Assembly (NCBI GenBank): GCA_964106645.2
Contig: OZ067040.1
From: Podarcis pityusensis
Taxonomy: Eukaryota
Length of the DNA: 64,000 nt
Reading direction: 5' to 3' (one strand)
Part shown: positions 37,815-50,793 of the stretch, one piece after another
Layout: each line of letters opens with the position of its first letter
Numbering within the stretch: the stretch's first letter is position 1
Program-made: the position numbers and the translations under genes
The notes under the pieces: model-generated
What the model was told of the DNA's origin: nothing
The model's input: only the letters and a program-made list of their open reading frames with translations
The model's database searches: none

Positions 37815-38236
37815 GTATGTTTTCCATTTTGTTAAAGCTAATTGATCTGTCATTTTGCAGTTATCAGTCTGCTTACTAAAAAATCTGATTGAAGTAGCCT
37901 CTATTGGTTTGGGTTAAATGCCTAGGGAGAGCTGTCCTGGAAAATCAGAAGCTTGTTTACCCTGGATTGATGGTACCATTATTATAGTCTTGCAGATTGT
38001 GGCTTTATACCTAAGGAAGTCCTGTGATGTTAGGGGCTGTTCTTTAATTTCAGAAAATGGTAAATGCTGGTGTTTTTGGAGAAAAATAGCAATTGAGGAA
38101 AAAATCCATAGAACTACCTAAAGCTTGTGCTTTTGCAAAGTATATTTTTTCATATAAATACTCCAGTTATTTTCTATTGATTCCTCATTTAACCAATGCA
38201 TTTGGTACTGGAATTTTAGCCTGTTTGCTCTTCAGA

Positions 38237-38256
38237 CAGGGCGGGGTATAAATAAA

Positions 38257-38289
<33 letters not shown>
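38237..38289 (+). mobile_element. 53-bp L2 3' tail inserted at the PEX6 exon 4 acceptor
   Basis: GGGCGGGGTATAAATAA + (ATT)n, matching the tail at 27741-27778; flanked by TTCAGA repeats. Confidence 0.75.
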
Positions 38290-38294
38290 TTCAG

Positions 38295-38397
38295 ATGGCC
38301 AGACCTCTACTTCAAGGTAAAAAAGATAGTAGCAGCAGACGAAAAAGAGCAGAGCCTGGGGTACCTGGCCGACACTCAGAACACGTCTTTATTTCTG
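38295..38397 (+). CDS. PEX6: PEX6 exon 4
   Basis: attcag|A TGG; WPDLYFKVKKIVAADEKEQSLGYLADTQNTSLFL|gtaagg; 103 nt. Confidence 0.9.
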
Positions 38398-38881
38398 GTA
38401 AGGTTTAAAAAGTGTTTTAGGTAAATAGCATATTCTAGTGCTGACATCAGAGCTCTTGAGTATAATACATATAAAAATATAAATAATGGTTAGGGCATTG
38501 CATACAAAATTCAGAGAGAGATGTAATGTTGAAGTGGAACACATTTATCCCAACTTTTTAACACCTGTTTTCCTTTGCTGCAAAACAGGAAAAAAATATT
38601 TCTCTTCTATTAAAATGTGGTAGGACTTCCAGGGACCTGATCAGTCATTTAAACAGCTACCTTTGCTCTAAAGCAGTGAGGGCCAAACTTGGCCTTCCAG
38701 CTGTTTTTGGGACTACAATTCCCACAATCCCTGACCATTGGTCCTGTTAACTAGGGATGATGGGAGTTGTAGTCCCAAACAGCTGGAGGTCCAAGTTTGG
38801 CCATCACTGCTCTAAAGAGTATTTGAGTGATTTGAGAAGACATATTCATATCAGGTAATTATCATTTCCCGTTTTTTGTAG

Positions 38882-39018
38882 GTTGGTTCAACAAACAGTG
38901 CTGTCCCATCTTTCCCGTCTCAAAATGCTCATGGGTTTTGGAATAGTTTATCTCCTGCTGGACTCTGCAACATAGTGAAACAGCTTTGTGATATTCTTGG
39001 GCCACACTTACACAGTAG
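38882..39018 (+). CDS. PEX6: PEX6 exon 5
   Basis: ttgtag|GTT; VGSTNSAVP...FWNSLSPAGL...LGPHLHS(R)|gtaagt; 137 nt. Confidence 0.92.
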
Positions 39019-39349
39019 GTAAGTCAGCTGACTCGACCTAATTCTACCACATAATACATAGCTGCAGATAGCTTTGGGGGCTGGGTCTGTGCTGCATGTA
39101 GCTGTTGCCATTTACTGATAGATTTTGGGAATTCAGTATTATTACTTTGGTTATGGGGTGGTAGGATTTTTCTGGTTCTGGACCGTGCCACATTTAAGTG
39201 TTGTTCATTCAAGGTGCTCCTGTGACAGTGGGGCCTGAAATCAATTTCTCATTGAACCTTTGGGACCTCACATTGTGAGTTTATAACAACAACAACAATT
39301 CTTTTTACAACAACAACAAAACAACAACAACAACAACAACAACAACAGA

Positions 39350-39585
39350 TAATTAATTATTTTTATTATTTATACCCCACCCAACTAGCTGGGTTTCCCC
39401 AGCCACTCTGGGCAGCTTACAGCATATATTAAAACATAATAAAGCATCAGACATTAAAAACTTCCTGATACAAGGCTGCCTTCAGATGTCTTCTAAAAGT
39501 TGTATAGTTCTTTATCTTCTTGACATCTGGAGGGTGTTCCACAGGGAGGGTGCCACTACTGAGAAGGCCCTCTGCCCGGTTCCCC
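39350..39585 (-). mobile_element. L2 3' fragment next to a (CAA)n microsatellite
   Basis: Reverse complement of the L2 3' end. Confidence 0.75.
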
Positions 39586-39675
39586 GTTTGTTTATGTGGT
39601 TGTGCTGCAGACTCCCTCTTTTGCTTTCTTCTTTTGTAATACTAATTAATGAAGTTGCTGGTTTTTGTGTTCTAG

Positions 39676-39787
39676 GGGGACTCTACTAAATGGAGCTGGA
39701 AGCATTCTTCTTTCAGGACCCAGTGGTGTGGGGAAACTGACAGCTGTCAGAGCTGCCTGTAGCCGCCTCAATCTCCATTTGTTCAAG
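39676..39787 (+). CDS. PEX6: PEX6 exon 6 (D1 Walker A)
   Basis: ttctag|G GGG; [37 protein letters not shown]|gtagtt; 112 nt. Confidence 0.93.
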
Positions 39788-40803
39788 GTAGTTTGTCTGA
39801 GCCTTCCATTTGATTTTTTTATGTCATTTAACATCTGGAAAATGGCCTTGAAAGAATGCAGTGCTACTTACAAATAGCAATGTTCTCTTTTTGCTTTTGT
39901 GACCCCAAATTGCCACTCAGGGACAGTGGAGAAAAGTGGTTTCTCCATAGAGAACTTCTGGCATTGCATATTCCTTCTTCACCCTACATCTGTCCTCTTT
40001 CCCTCTTAGCTGAGGGTGAATTGTATTTGTCTCTTGCCCCTTCCAATTTGGGCATCTTACCTGAATGCAGAGTGCTTCTGCTGGTGGGAGTGCTTACAAG
40101 GAATAATAGGGGTTTTATAATTTCCTTATAAAGGATACTTCTTTCTAAATGCATGCATCTCTGAAATAAGAGGCAGTTTTGGACTTCTGGGTCTTCTCTC
40201 AAAACTCCCACCTTCAGAGGATCAGGATATGTTTATCCACCAATTGATGACACCGCACTGTAGCTCTGTGCTGCTTCCACTGCTTTTTCTTCCCTATGAA
40301 GGCATTTTTTAATCAAGTATTCCATTTGTTTGAAATCTTGCTTTAGCACAGGGAAAACAACAGGACACTGTTTCTATAGCCTTAAAAAATTAAAATTACC
40401 CCTATCTGTAATATTGTTCTTCAACTGCTGGGTTGTATCAGTTGAGAGGCCACCAAATTGTATTTGTCTTTAATTTTTGTGAAAGTTATATACCAATCAT
40501 AAGAAAGCAACAATCTGAAAGTGGTAAGATGGGAGGAAGCCTGATACAGCTTTTCTTACCCATATAGGATAGTCTGCACTTGCTAAAATTCTCCCATCCT
40601 CACACCTGTTAAAGATGTCTACAGGAAAATGGTGGGCATGTACAGTTGTAAAAGAGGTTATTGTATGGTTGTAGGTTAAAAATGTGTCCAAGGAATAAAC
40701 TAGTCTAGATCAGCAGAATCTGAAGCCATTTCCCCTGCATGTATTCTTCAAATATTTTTGCAATGCAGTCCTCAACATATCTTTGTCCCCTGGCTTCCTG
40801 TAG

Positions 40804-41012
40804 GTGGATTGTGTTAGTTTGTGTGGTGACACCAGTGGATCCACAGAAGCAAAACTGCATGCTGCGTTCTCACAGGCTGAGGTCTATAGCCCTTGTGTCC
40901 TGCTAATGAAAGATATAGAGCTGCTGGGAAGAGATCGTGATGGACTTGGGGAGGACTCCCGAGTAATTCTTGCATTACGGCACCTTCTCCTGGACAGAGA
41001 GGCAAGTACTAG
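40804..41012 (+). CDS. PEX6: PEX6 exon 7
   Basis: ctgtag|GTG; VDCVSLCGDTSG...LLGRDRDGLGEDSRV...EAST|gtatgg; 209 nt. Confidence 0.94.
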
Positions 41013-41356
41013 GTATGGATCGTCACACTAGGATTTTCTGGTGTTTTGTTTCTGAAGGATGGCTATCACTATGGTGTGCCTGATTCTACAACCTAGCAGT
41101 CAATTGAGTAGTTCTTCTCTGGCTGTGTGATATTGAAATTTTGGATCACTGCTCACATGGTGAGCATACACACGGTGTATTACACGGTGTATTACGGTGT
41201 AATACACACGGTGTATTATCAATATAGAGTGGGGCCTTCTTTATATTCTAACTGCGATTTTCTCGTAAGCACTTAAGAAGAGCCCTGCTGGATCCAGCAT
41301 TGTGTTCTCAACCCTGGCTGAAATATTCATGGCTCATCTGTGTGTTTTCTCACTAG

Positions 41357-41549
41357 TTATCCTGTCCTGGTAGTAGGAACAACGACCAGGCTTGGGAATG
41401 TCCCTACGGACTTGCAGACGGCTTTCCTTCATGACCTGAAAATCGAAGCACCGTCTGAGGAGCAGAGGAAGGCCATTCTAAGCATGCTGACAGAGGGCTT
41501 GCCTTTGGGAAAAGAAGTGAGCCTGACTAAGCTAGCCCGGCAAAGCGCG
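41357..41549 (+). CDS. PEX6: PEX6 exon 8
   Basis: cactag|T TAT; YPVLVVGTT...DLQTAFLHDL...LPLGKEVSLTKLARQSA|gtgagt; 193 nt. Confidence 0.94.
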
Positions 41550-42288
41550 GTGAGTTGCATCCCAAACGGCAGGACAGCCTAGTCAATGTTACAAGGGGAG
41601 CTTAGTTGCCACAGTGTGTGATTTCTTCTAGTGCTGAAGGATCACCTTGCAGTAGGAAAGAACAACCAGGCCATTGGTCCCTTTTAACCCAGTGTTGTCT
41701 GGCAGCAGCTCTCCATGGTTCCAGACCAGGGCCTCTCCCTGCCCTAGCTAGAGACATTGGGGATTGAACCTGGGACCTTCTTATGCAAAGCCATGCTATG
41801 CCACTGAGCTGCAGCCCTTCCCAGGAATTGCTTCTTTTTTATGCAAGCAGCATGACCCAAATAGGAATACAGAGTGCTGGATCTCACTACTTTAGGCCCC
41901 AAGTCAGATTCCCTGGAAAAGACTTATCAAAAAGAATTATCTACAGTATGTAAACTGGGAATGTGGTCAAGCTCATGTAGCTATTTGACTTGAGTTCTGG
42001 CCTATGGATAGCCGGTATTACACAAATATAGGTATCTTGGTTGCCTTTGCTAGGAGGGCTTGGAGGCCCTTGCAAACCAATATAAACCTGCCTGCAGTAG
42101 CATTCTCCATTACTTCAGTGGTGTGCTCACATAGCTTGAGGGAATGGGTACAGAAGGATTTCCCCAGATTTTTCTGTGTAGAGAATTAAACCTCTTCATC
42201 CTTATCCTTAAGGGGTCTTATTTCAGAATGCTTTCTCTGCTTGCCTTGGGAATTGCTCCACTACTAGCATCTTGTTCCATGTTTGCAG

Positions 42289-42365
42289 GGCTTCGTTCTG
42301 GGAGACTTCTGCACTTTGCTTTCCCACAGCAGCCGTGCAGCCTGTGCAAGGATCCAGAATTCAAG
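42289..42365 (+). CDS. PEX6: PEX6 exon 9
   Basis: ttgcag|GGC; GFVLGDFCTLLSHSSRAACARIQNS|gtactg; 77 nt. Confidence 0.92.
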
Positions 42366-43254
42366 GTACTGGAGGAGACTTTTTGGTGATTTGTAAGCCT
42401 TCAGGTGATCGCTGCAAATGTTTTATACACTTTGGAAGATGAGATTTAGGTTTCCTAACTGTGAATGGGATAAGGGAGGCATGCCGGTTTGTGATCTTCA
42501 AGACCTGAGGTGCCAGGAGTCAGGAGGGAATAGCACAAGGAGCAAGTACAAAGAGTCCACCCTCTCCAGTTTGCATGTGTCCATGGGGTCGTGGCTTAGT
42601 AAAATGACCGAAAAGATTTGTCTTTGGAAACTTACTGTGGCAGCATTTGATAGAGCCCCAGTGACTCTTAAGACTTTTTGGTGAAAAAGGATAGAGAATC
42701 CCCACCCCCACAGGAACCTTCTGTTTTTGCACTGTTTCTCTTCCCTGCTTCCAACCATAGTTCCTTCGCCTACTGCCACTTTGGAGCAATTTATCAGCTT
42801 AAATAGGGCAACTGAATTCCTTTTCACTATACTATCCCTGATGGTATCAGAGCCAGTCAGATTGGGCTGCAAGGCAATGTCAGTGAAGGGGAAATGAAGC
42901 TACTTTGCTCTCGCTCTTAAGGCCTGATTGAGCCTTAGTCATCAAAGCTCATCTGAGAGCAATATAGTGTAGAGCGATAACATCCTGCTCAGATGCGCAT
43001 TTGACTTTGTGCCTGACTTCTCAGTGATTGTTTCATTTCTGCAGTACAGCAGAACCTGATTGTCAGGGCTCTCAAACACCTTTGTGGTGCAGCTGGTTGG
43101 TGTGCCCTGCAAATGATCAAAATTGAGGGCACCTATCTTTGGCACATCAGCACCCAGCTCAGCCCTGTAATTTGGAGACCTGTGGTCCAATTAACTTTTT
43201 ATTATTATCAAGATTGCAGAAAACAGTTTGCTGTTTCTGTTTCCACTTTGCCAG

Positions 43255-43387
43255 CTTCCTGGGGGGACTGAGTGAGGAGGAAGAACATGATTTTTGTGCT
43301 GCAGGCTTCCCTCTTCTAGCAGAAGATTTTGGTGTTGCACTGGATAAGCTGCATGATGCTCATTCGCAAGCAATAGGAGCTCCAAAG
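43255..43387 (+). CDS. PEX6: PEX6 exon 10
   Basis: tgccag|C TTC; FLGGLSEEEEHDFCAAGFPLLAEDF...HSQAIGAPK|gtatga; 133 nt. Confidence 0.95.
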
Positions 43388-44728
43388 GTATGACTAATAA
43401 GAAGCTTGATTTAAAAACCCCCCACAAACCACCCTCTGAGATCTCATGCAACTCTCTGCTACCATTAAGTGGAGAATGTTATCATCGCCTCTTGCTCCAA
43501 TGACTAAATCATACTAACTAGATAGCTCAGTGCTTATGCGATCTTTCACAAATTTTATTCATAAAATTTCAGTCATAATCGCAACTGAGGGTATACATTA
43601 GTTTAAAATCAATAGAATATCCAGTCATAAATGTTAAAAACGTAATAAAGAAGTAGGGAAGGAGCAGTGCTTATCAAAGCTTAGACAAAATAATTTAGTA
43701 GTAATCTGTAAATTTTCAAGTGTAAAAAACCCAAAACTTCTCTCCTTTCACTAACAATTGCAGGGCCAAATAGAGTCGCCCCCCCAGTAGGAAATTCCAG
43801 AGAGATGGTGTCTAAAATGTTGGTGTCCTTGGGAAGGAACATTACCACTAGTAGTAGTACTATTAACTGGGGAAAGCTGTGTAATCATGCAGATCTTACT
43901 ATATTAAAATACAGGAATCTTCTGCTTCCTTTTCGGACAGGGGTTGTGGAACACATTAATTGGTACTCAACCTTGAACCACTTTAAGGCTCAAGGAAATC
44001 CACATAATCCCGTTTTTCATTCTGATATTGTTGGAGCTAATGAATGGGCAACATAAATGAGTCTTGCAAGCCCTCATAACTGAGAAAATCTAATTCTACA
44101 ACACTGGAAAGGCAGCTCTCTGCCAACAATTACACTGTGGACTTGGAACCTTACTGTGTTTTTGATCTTTGAACATGCAACAGTTTGAACATAAACAGTT
44201 TCCAGATATAGACAAGCACAATTGGTCCATGTACACTGAAATCTATTTTTTGTGATTGAGTCCGTTGTAAAGTAGCAACTTTATGAGCCAGAAAGTGTTT
44301 GAAAAATTCCAATCAGAACTGTAAGCCACCCTCTTCCTCTTCATCCTTTACCTATGATTTGGTGTTATATAAATGAATTAATAATGCATTGTCAATACAT
44401 GAAATAAGCAGCAGGGCTTCACCTTTTGATATTAAGGTGTAAGTGAGTACGTAAGGGAGAAGAGCTACTAAAGGTAGCTAAAGTGCAGTTAAGGGTGCAA
44501 CATGGATGATTCCAGATGAGACCAGTCTTCACTTGCCCCTTGGAGCAGGAGGAGGATGCTGTGAGAGCGGTGGCAGTCGCTGGATGGCGCAGAGGGGAGT
44601 GTTGTGGTCTCAAAGGGTTTATGGGACTGTGTCTTGAGAGCACCGTAAAAAGAAAAAAGTGCAAGTCTTGGTTTATGAAATAGGGTTGTAGACTTGGCAA
44701 GAGTTGCAAGGTTGTCCTGTCGCCGCAG

Positions 44729-44934
44729 ATACCTTCTGTCTTCTGGCAAGATGTTGGTGGGCTCCAGGAAGTGAAGAAGGAGATCTTGGACACCATTCAG
44801 CTTCCTTTAGAACACCCAGAGCTACTATCTTTAGGTCTTCGCCGCTCTGGTCTTCTGCTCTATGGCCCTCCCGGAACAGGGAAAACGTTGCTAGCAAAAG
44901 CTGTGGCAACTGAATGCACCATGACTTTCCTCAG
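44729..44934 (+). CDS. PEX6: PEX6 exon 11 (D2 Walker A)
   Basis: ccgcag|ATA; [68 protein letters not shown]|gtgggc; 206 nt. Confidence 0.97.
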
Positions 44935-44991
44935 GTGGGCACTGTGGCAGAAAGGGATAAGGGGAGCCTTGGGGCGCAGAGCTCGGGATAA

Positions 44992-45081
<90 letters not shown>

Positions 45082-45163
45082 TAGTGTGGAGCTCCAACGT
45101 GGAGCAGAGGAATGCATTATGTATGCTGCTGGCTTTAGCGCGACTCTGCAAGATGCACATTAA

Positions 45164-45304
<141 letters not shown>

Positions 45305-46819
45305 TGAGTGCCACTTGTCAGCTGCTGTTAAGGAATGCTGAAGCGTAAGCATCCTGCTGTGGCAAACTCCGTGCAAACTCTTGATTTTTTTCCCCTTTAT
45401 CCATGCTTGGTATAATGATCCAGGCAGGCCGGAGGTATCTGGATGTGTTCCATAAAACCTGGACTCCCACTGTCAAATGTATAAACACTATAAAGGCTGG
45501 GGTGCCCCACTCCCTGATGGCACACAGGTTGTCTTTGGTCCCTGAACCTTAGCTTTGATGATCCTATTTTTTTCTGCATTGGGGCTTAGTTCTAGAAGAT
45601 AGAAAGGGTGAAAATAAATTTTATCGAAAATCTTAATATCCCACCTTTCTATGTGGGATATTCAAGGCATTCAAGGCAGCCGCTAATGTTAATGCAGCAA
45701 TCTTTTTGTATTTTGATGTATAGAACAAAAAGCAGATCCTGCTACCAAGGTTAACTTCAACAAAATGTCTCTCTCTCTATATATATATAAAGCACTAGCA
45801 AAATATGACTTCATCTCTGGATCCCAGCTAAAAACTGCCTTCACAGGCATATCAACTTCCCTGGGTATTTGATGCCTAATACCTGCCTAGGCATTTGGTG
45901 CTTCAAAGCTTGCACTAGCTGCCCTTATGCCATTGGGCCAAGTTTTTATATTCATATGGAAGGCCCGCAACAACTGGTGTCTAGGATACCATGAGCACCA
46001 CCTGATTCCTTCTATCCCTGCCCAGTCTGTCCCCATGACTTAGATGCATGGCTCATACCTGCCAGGTGTTCAGTATTGTGGGTCCATTTCTGTCAAAACT
46101 CACTCCCGGCTGAGATCAGATAGATTTCCTTCCAGTTGAACTTCTGGCAATTGGTGCAGACCTTTTTTATATCTGCTTGCATTTAAGTTTTCTTATTTTT
46201 AATGGTTAATTTAAACTGATTTTATCTTTTTATATCTTTTGCAACCTTACTGTACACCACTTAGAGACTACGGTGTTAAGCAGTATATAACACAAAATAA
46301 TAAAAATCTCCAGTTTGGCTCTAGCACTAACCAAATGTTGGTTTGTTCTGTCACCTGAAGCAGAATATAACTCGGTCATTGAACAAGAAGAATACGGCAA
46401 TGGTCAGATGAGAAATTTGTAAAGCAGGGTGAATCTTTAAGATTCTTAGAATCAATGTCTGCCTCTTGTGAGAAGCGGGACCTTACAGTTCTAGAGAGAT
46501 ATAGGAAGATACTGGATTTTGCCAATCTTCCAAGACGTGATGCTCTTGCTGTGAGAAGAAAAGTTGTATTTTTGATTCTTACTTCACTCTGCAAAGTTAG
46601 TGACTTGCTTGCACATCCCCATTGCCCTACCTTGTCTGTTAAGAACTGTTTCGTTCAAAGCAAGTAGTTTTCCTCTCAGTGGTGCATAGCAACTAGTACA
46701 GTAATACTTTTGAGCTTAAGAGCTTGGTCATACCTATCTGAACCAGTGCTTTGTGTATGTACTGTTTGGAGTAATGAGTTGACTTTCTCAATGGCTGCAC
46801 TAGGATTTGTGGCATTTAA

Positions 46820-47059
<240 letters not shown>

Positions 47060-47903
47060 TAACAGATCTCTGGCTCTTAAAATCTAAAATATAGACAGGG
47101 AAACAAAAGATGTGATTACTTCATTTGTGTGTACCATGACTTAGTTACAGTAGAGACAAGGACAAAGTTAGATTAGTGTAGTATCCTAACTCCCCACTCC
47201 CTCACTTGTTGCAAGTCTTTGAAAGCAAGTTAAGATGTGAAGCACTAAGAGGTTGCCTGTCCCTTCTGTTCTGTTTGTGTTACATTTTTGGCAGACAAAT
47301 CCTCTGCCCAAAGTGAGGTCTTGAAGTGCTTTTCCACGCAAAATAACAGACAATTTGTTGCTTCTTCCTTGCCTATTTGGTGCTGGATGCATTCATTTGC
47401 TCTAATTTAGCGCAATAGTTTTCAAAGGTTTTTCCCCCCCGTAGACCACTTGAAAATTGCTGGAGGTCTTGGCAGACAACTTAATAAAATTTACTAATGT
47501 TTTAAAGTACCAACATCATTCTAAAAACAGGTGGAAATCATGGGACACGGCAGGCTACCAAAAAGGGCCCCTTTAACTTCTATAGAAAATGAATATGACT
47601 TCCCCTGTGGGCCCTAGGCAAGTGCCCTAGTCAAAATAGCCCCCATCTTCATTGTAGAAGGTATCAGTTATGCACAGAGCCAGGCACAGGCTTTCTTGAA
47701 GGTTGCACTTTTTTCTTCTCATTTCTTTGCACACTGTGAGTGGAGCTACTTGGAAAATGTTTGCTATATTGAATTAAAAGCTCCACAGCCTAACAATAGA
47801 AGTCTGTTCTCAGATCTTCTTGGGGTTGTGTGTGTTTTCTGAATAGCATGTATGTATATTGGACAACTGCACTTTGTCTCTTTATTGTCTGTTTCCCTGG
47901 CAG

Positions 47904-47981
47904 ATTTGATAAATTGGTCTATGTGGGTATAAATGAAGACCGAGACTCTCAGCTGCAAGTACTAAATGCTATCACCAGAAA
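47904..47981 (+). CDS. PEX6: PEX6 exon 15
   Basis: tggcag|A TTT; [25 protein letters not shown]|gtgagt; 78 nt. Confidence 0.95.
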
Positions 47982-48739
47982 GTGAGTGCCTACCATAAAA
48001 TAAAAGTAGTGACAAAGCGAAAGCCCTGTGATTCCCAATATTTCATGGCCTTAGTATTCCTTGTATATAGCTGTTCACTCCGCAGGGGAAGAGAAGTCTG
48101 TGCAAAGTGGTACCTCCACTCCTACAAGCAGCTAAGTACAACTGCAACTTGCTGGTTTGCATTCAGAAGATCTTTCACATCATGGGCTGCAAAATTGTGA
48201 ATAAGTGCTGTCCTTGTGCATTCCCTTCTGCTCTTGAGCATGAGGCTTGATTGCTTCCCGTTTTAAGCAAACCAATTTACTGTAACAAATGCATGAAGGA
48301 TAAGGCTATGTTCTATCCACACTGTTGGAAGCACCATACCTCTGCATTCCAGTTGCTGGGAATTAAAAGATGCTGTGTTTAGGTCCTGATCTGCAGGCTT
48401 TTCATAGGCATCTAGGTGGCCATTGTGAGAATGGGATGGGCCTTTGGCTTGATCCGGCAGGGTTGTCTTATACTCTTTATGGAGTGGTGAAAGCAGCAGA
48501 ACTGCAGTATAGGTTAAAACTGGATTAACAGCCTCTGCTGATTTGGGCTTGATAGCTTAGCCCACTGCATCAGCACCTCCTTTTGCTGCTTTTGTTAAAA
48601 GAAAAGTAGAGCAGACAACCTTGCACTATGAAGTTTCTGATCTTAGAAAGCTGTGAATGTTAAATTGGCTGCAAATCTTCCCAAGAGAGGTGTGTGCTAT
48701 TTTGAGACCGGTAATTCTCATTTGGTGTTTGCCACATTA

Positions 48740-49033
48740 GGCCTGGATAGCTCAGTTGGCTAGAGCATGGTGCTGATAATGCTAAGGTTGCAGGTTTGAA
48801 CCCCGTTTGGGACAGCTGCATGATCCTGAATTGCAGGGAGTCAGACTAGATCAGGATTTCCCAAACTTGGCTATCTAGTTGTTTTTGGACTACAGTTCCC
48901 ATTATCCCTGACCACTGGTCCTGCTAGCTAGGGATGATGGGAGTTGCAGTCCAAAAACTGCTAAAGATCCGAGTTTGGGAAACCCTGAACTAGATGATCC
49001 TCGGAGTGCCTTCCAACTCTACATTTCTATGAT
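48740..49033 (+). mobile_element. tRNA(Ile)-like-headed SINE with CR1-type tail, interrupted by a hAT MITE (48852-48987)
   Basis: GGCCTGGATAGCTCAGTTGGCTAGAGC...GGTTTGAACCCCG head; CCTTCCAACTCTA...TTCTATGAT tail; MITE TSD (G/A)ACTAGAT. Confidence 0.75.
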
Positions 49034-49153
49034 CACACTCATTTGAACCTGGGATTTGGGGTTATTCCTTTCTGTCCACAGCTCTCAGACGGGCTGCAGT
49101 CTAACAACAATCTTTCTTTGATACTAAGCCTTGGATATATTCTTCCTTGGTAG

Positions 49154-49293
49154 GTTTAAGCTGGATCCTTCCGTCAGTCTCCTTGGTATCCTTGACAAGT
49201 GTCCCGTACAGCTAACGGGAGCAGACATATACGCACTCTGCTCAGATGCCATGATGTCTGCTATCAAAAGAAAAGTGGCGTGGATAGAGGAAG
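49154..49293 (+). CDS. PEX6: PEX6 exon 16
   Basis: tggtag|G TTT; [46 protein letters not shown]|gtaagg; 140 nt. Confidence 0.95.
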
Positions 49294-50307
49294 GTAAGGA
49301 ACTGACATAGCTCAGCTAGATTCAAATCTGCTAAGAAAAATGCACAGCAGGCAGTTAAGACAGGAATGATGGACAGGTTCTGGAAAGAGAAAAATGTTCT
49401 TCATGGGCCATTGTTTCTTTGAATCTAATTCAGTGAACAAGATAACTGAACTCTTTACTGTGTCCATCCATCTCCAGTGATGGGGTAGAAAGGCAGAATA
49501 CAAATATTTTAAATAAACATTTGATCAAGTGTTTGGCAAAACTATTACTGCTTTACGTCCTTCTGTTTGGACTTGCATATCAATAAGCAAAGATCAGTTC
49601 TAAATAGTGGAGTAGGAAGTCGGATTGGTCTCAAGCCTCTGGGACACTTGGCAGACAAAGGTGTGTGTAATTGAGAGGAATTAGCAGGCAATAACGGGAA
49701 GGGTAAAATATTCCTTTGTTCTTGGGCTCCTTTTATGGGAATGATCTATAGAAAAGCTCCTCCTTTTTACAGGCTGTGGTGTAATTTCAGACCTGAGGGT
49801 GGAATATATTATTTTCCCTGTGATGCGTCTCTCAGAATTTTCTGTATTGCTGCTACCTGTGCCACCCTTGGGTCTGTTCTTGAGACATTCTTTGGAAAAT
49901 AGGTTGAGTTACTTGTGGGGGTCTAATTGTGCTATCTGGATTGGACTGAACTGACTTTGCTTGAGGTGGGAACCTGTTAAACGCATATCTATGAGAGACT
50001 GGCATAAGTGGGTCTTGATCCAGCTGTTAGGATTCTGTCGTTTGGTAAAACATTGTGGAAATGAGATGTTGTCCAGTGCAAAGAATCAGTGCACTGTGAA
50101 AACTCTTAGGGAGAGTTTTGCACTTTGGAGCACTATTCACAGTTGTCCGAGTTTCTCTCTGCACTTGAAAGACTTGTAGAAGTTTTTGCATTTTTCCACT
50201 GCTCCCCACCCCATTTTGCATACCCAGGAACAGTTTGTGGGTGTGCAGCATCTGACATGTCTAAAATGAATAACTTTTTTGGCAACCATTTTGCTCTTTT
50301 TCTCCAG

Positions 50308-50441
50308 GGCTAGACACAGAGACTTCAGACCTAACTCTAACCATGGAGGACTTCGTACAAGCTGCGACAAGGCTGCAGCCGTCTGTTTCCGAACCAGAAC
50401 TGCTTAGATACAAACTAATCCAGCAGAGATTTGCTGCTTGA
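50308..50441 (+). CDS. PEX6: PEX6 exon 17 (last coding exon)
   Basis: ctccag|GG CTA; [46 protein letters not shown] at 50439-50441. Confidence 0.94.
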
Positions 50442-50787
50442 TTAAGGATCCAGCAGGACCAGAAAGAAAGGGATACATATGGTTGGAACTGTATAATTCC
50501 ATGGAATCTGGAAGAAATGTTTGATGTGTTGTTGTCGGTTCTGCTGGAGAAGTGAAAACAGTGGATTCCAATGGCCAGGTGAGTGAGAAAAACTGAAAAT
50601 GGGATCTAGGCATGGAACTGAGACTATTGGCTGCTTAGCTGGGTAAGAACTCTCTCAAGCTAATCCTCAGGAGTTCTCAGCACCATTGCTTATATATGAG
50701 ACGTTCAGGTTTCTTGAACACCCAGTGGAAAACCTGGGCCCATGAATATTTGGGTGGTGGTGCAGTGGCTGTGTCTAAGAATGGATA

Positions 50788-50793
50788 AATAAA
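50788..50793 (+). terminator. Likely PEX6 polyadenylation signal
   Basis: First AATAAA, ~350 nt after the stop, followed by a T-rich stretch. Confidence 0.55.

Noticed and set aside
48740-48813. tRNA-Ile gene
   Set aside because: Degenerate stems, and it continues directly into a SINE body with a CR1-type tail; it is a SINE head.
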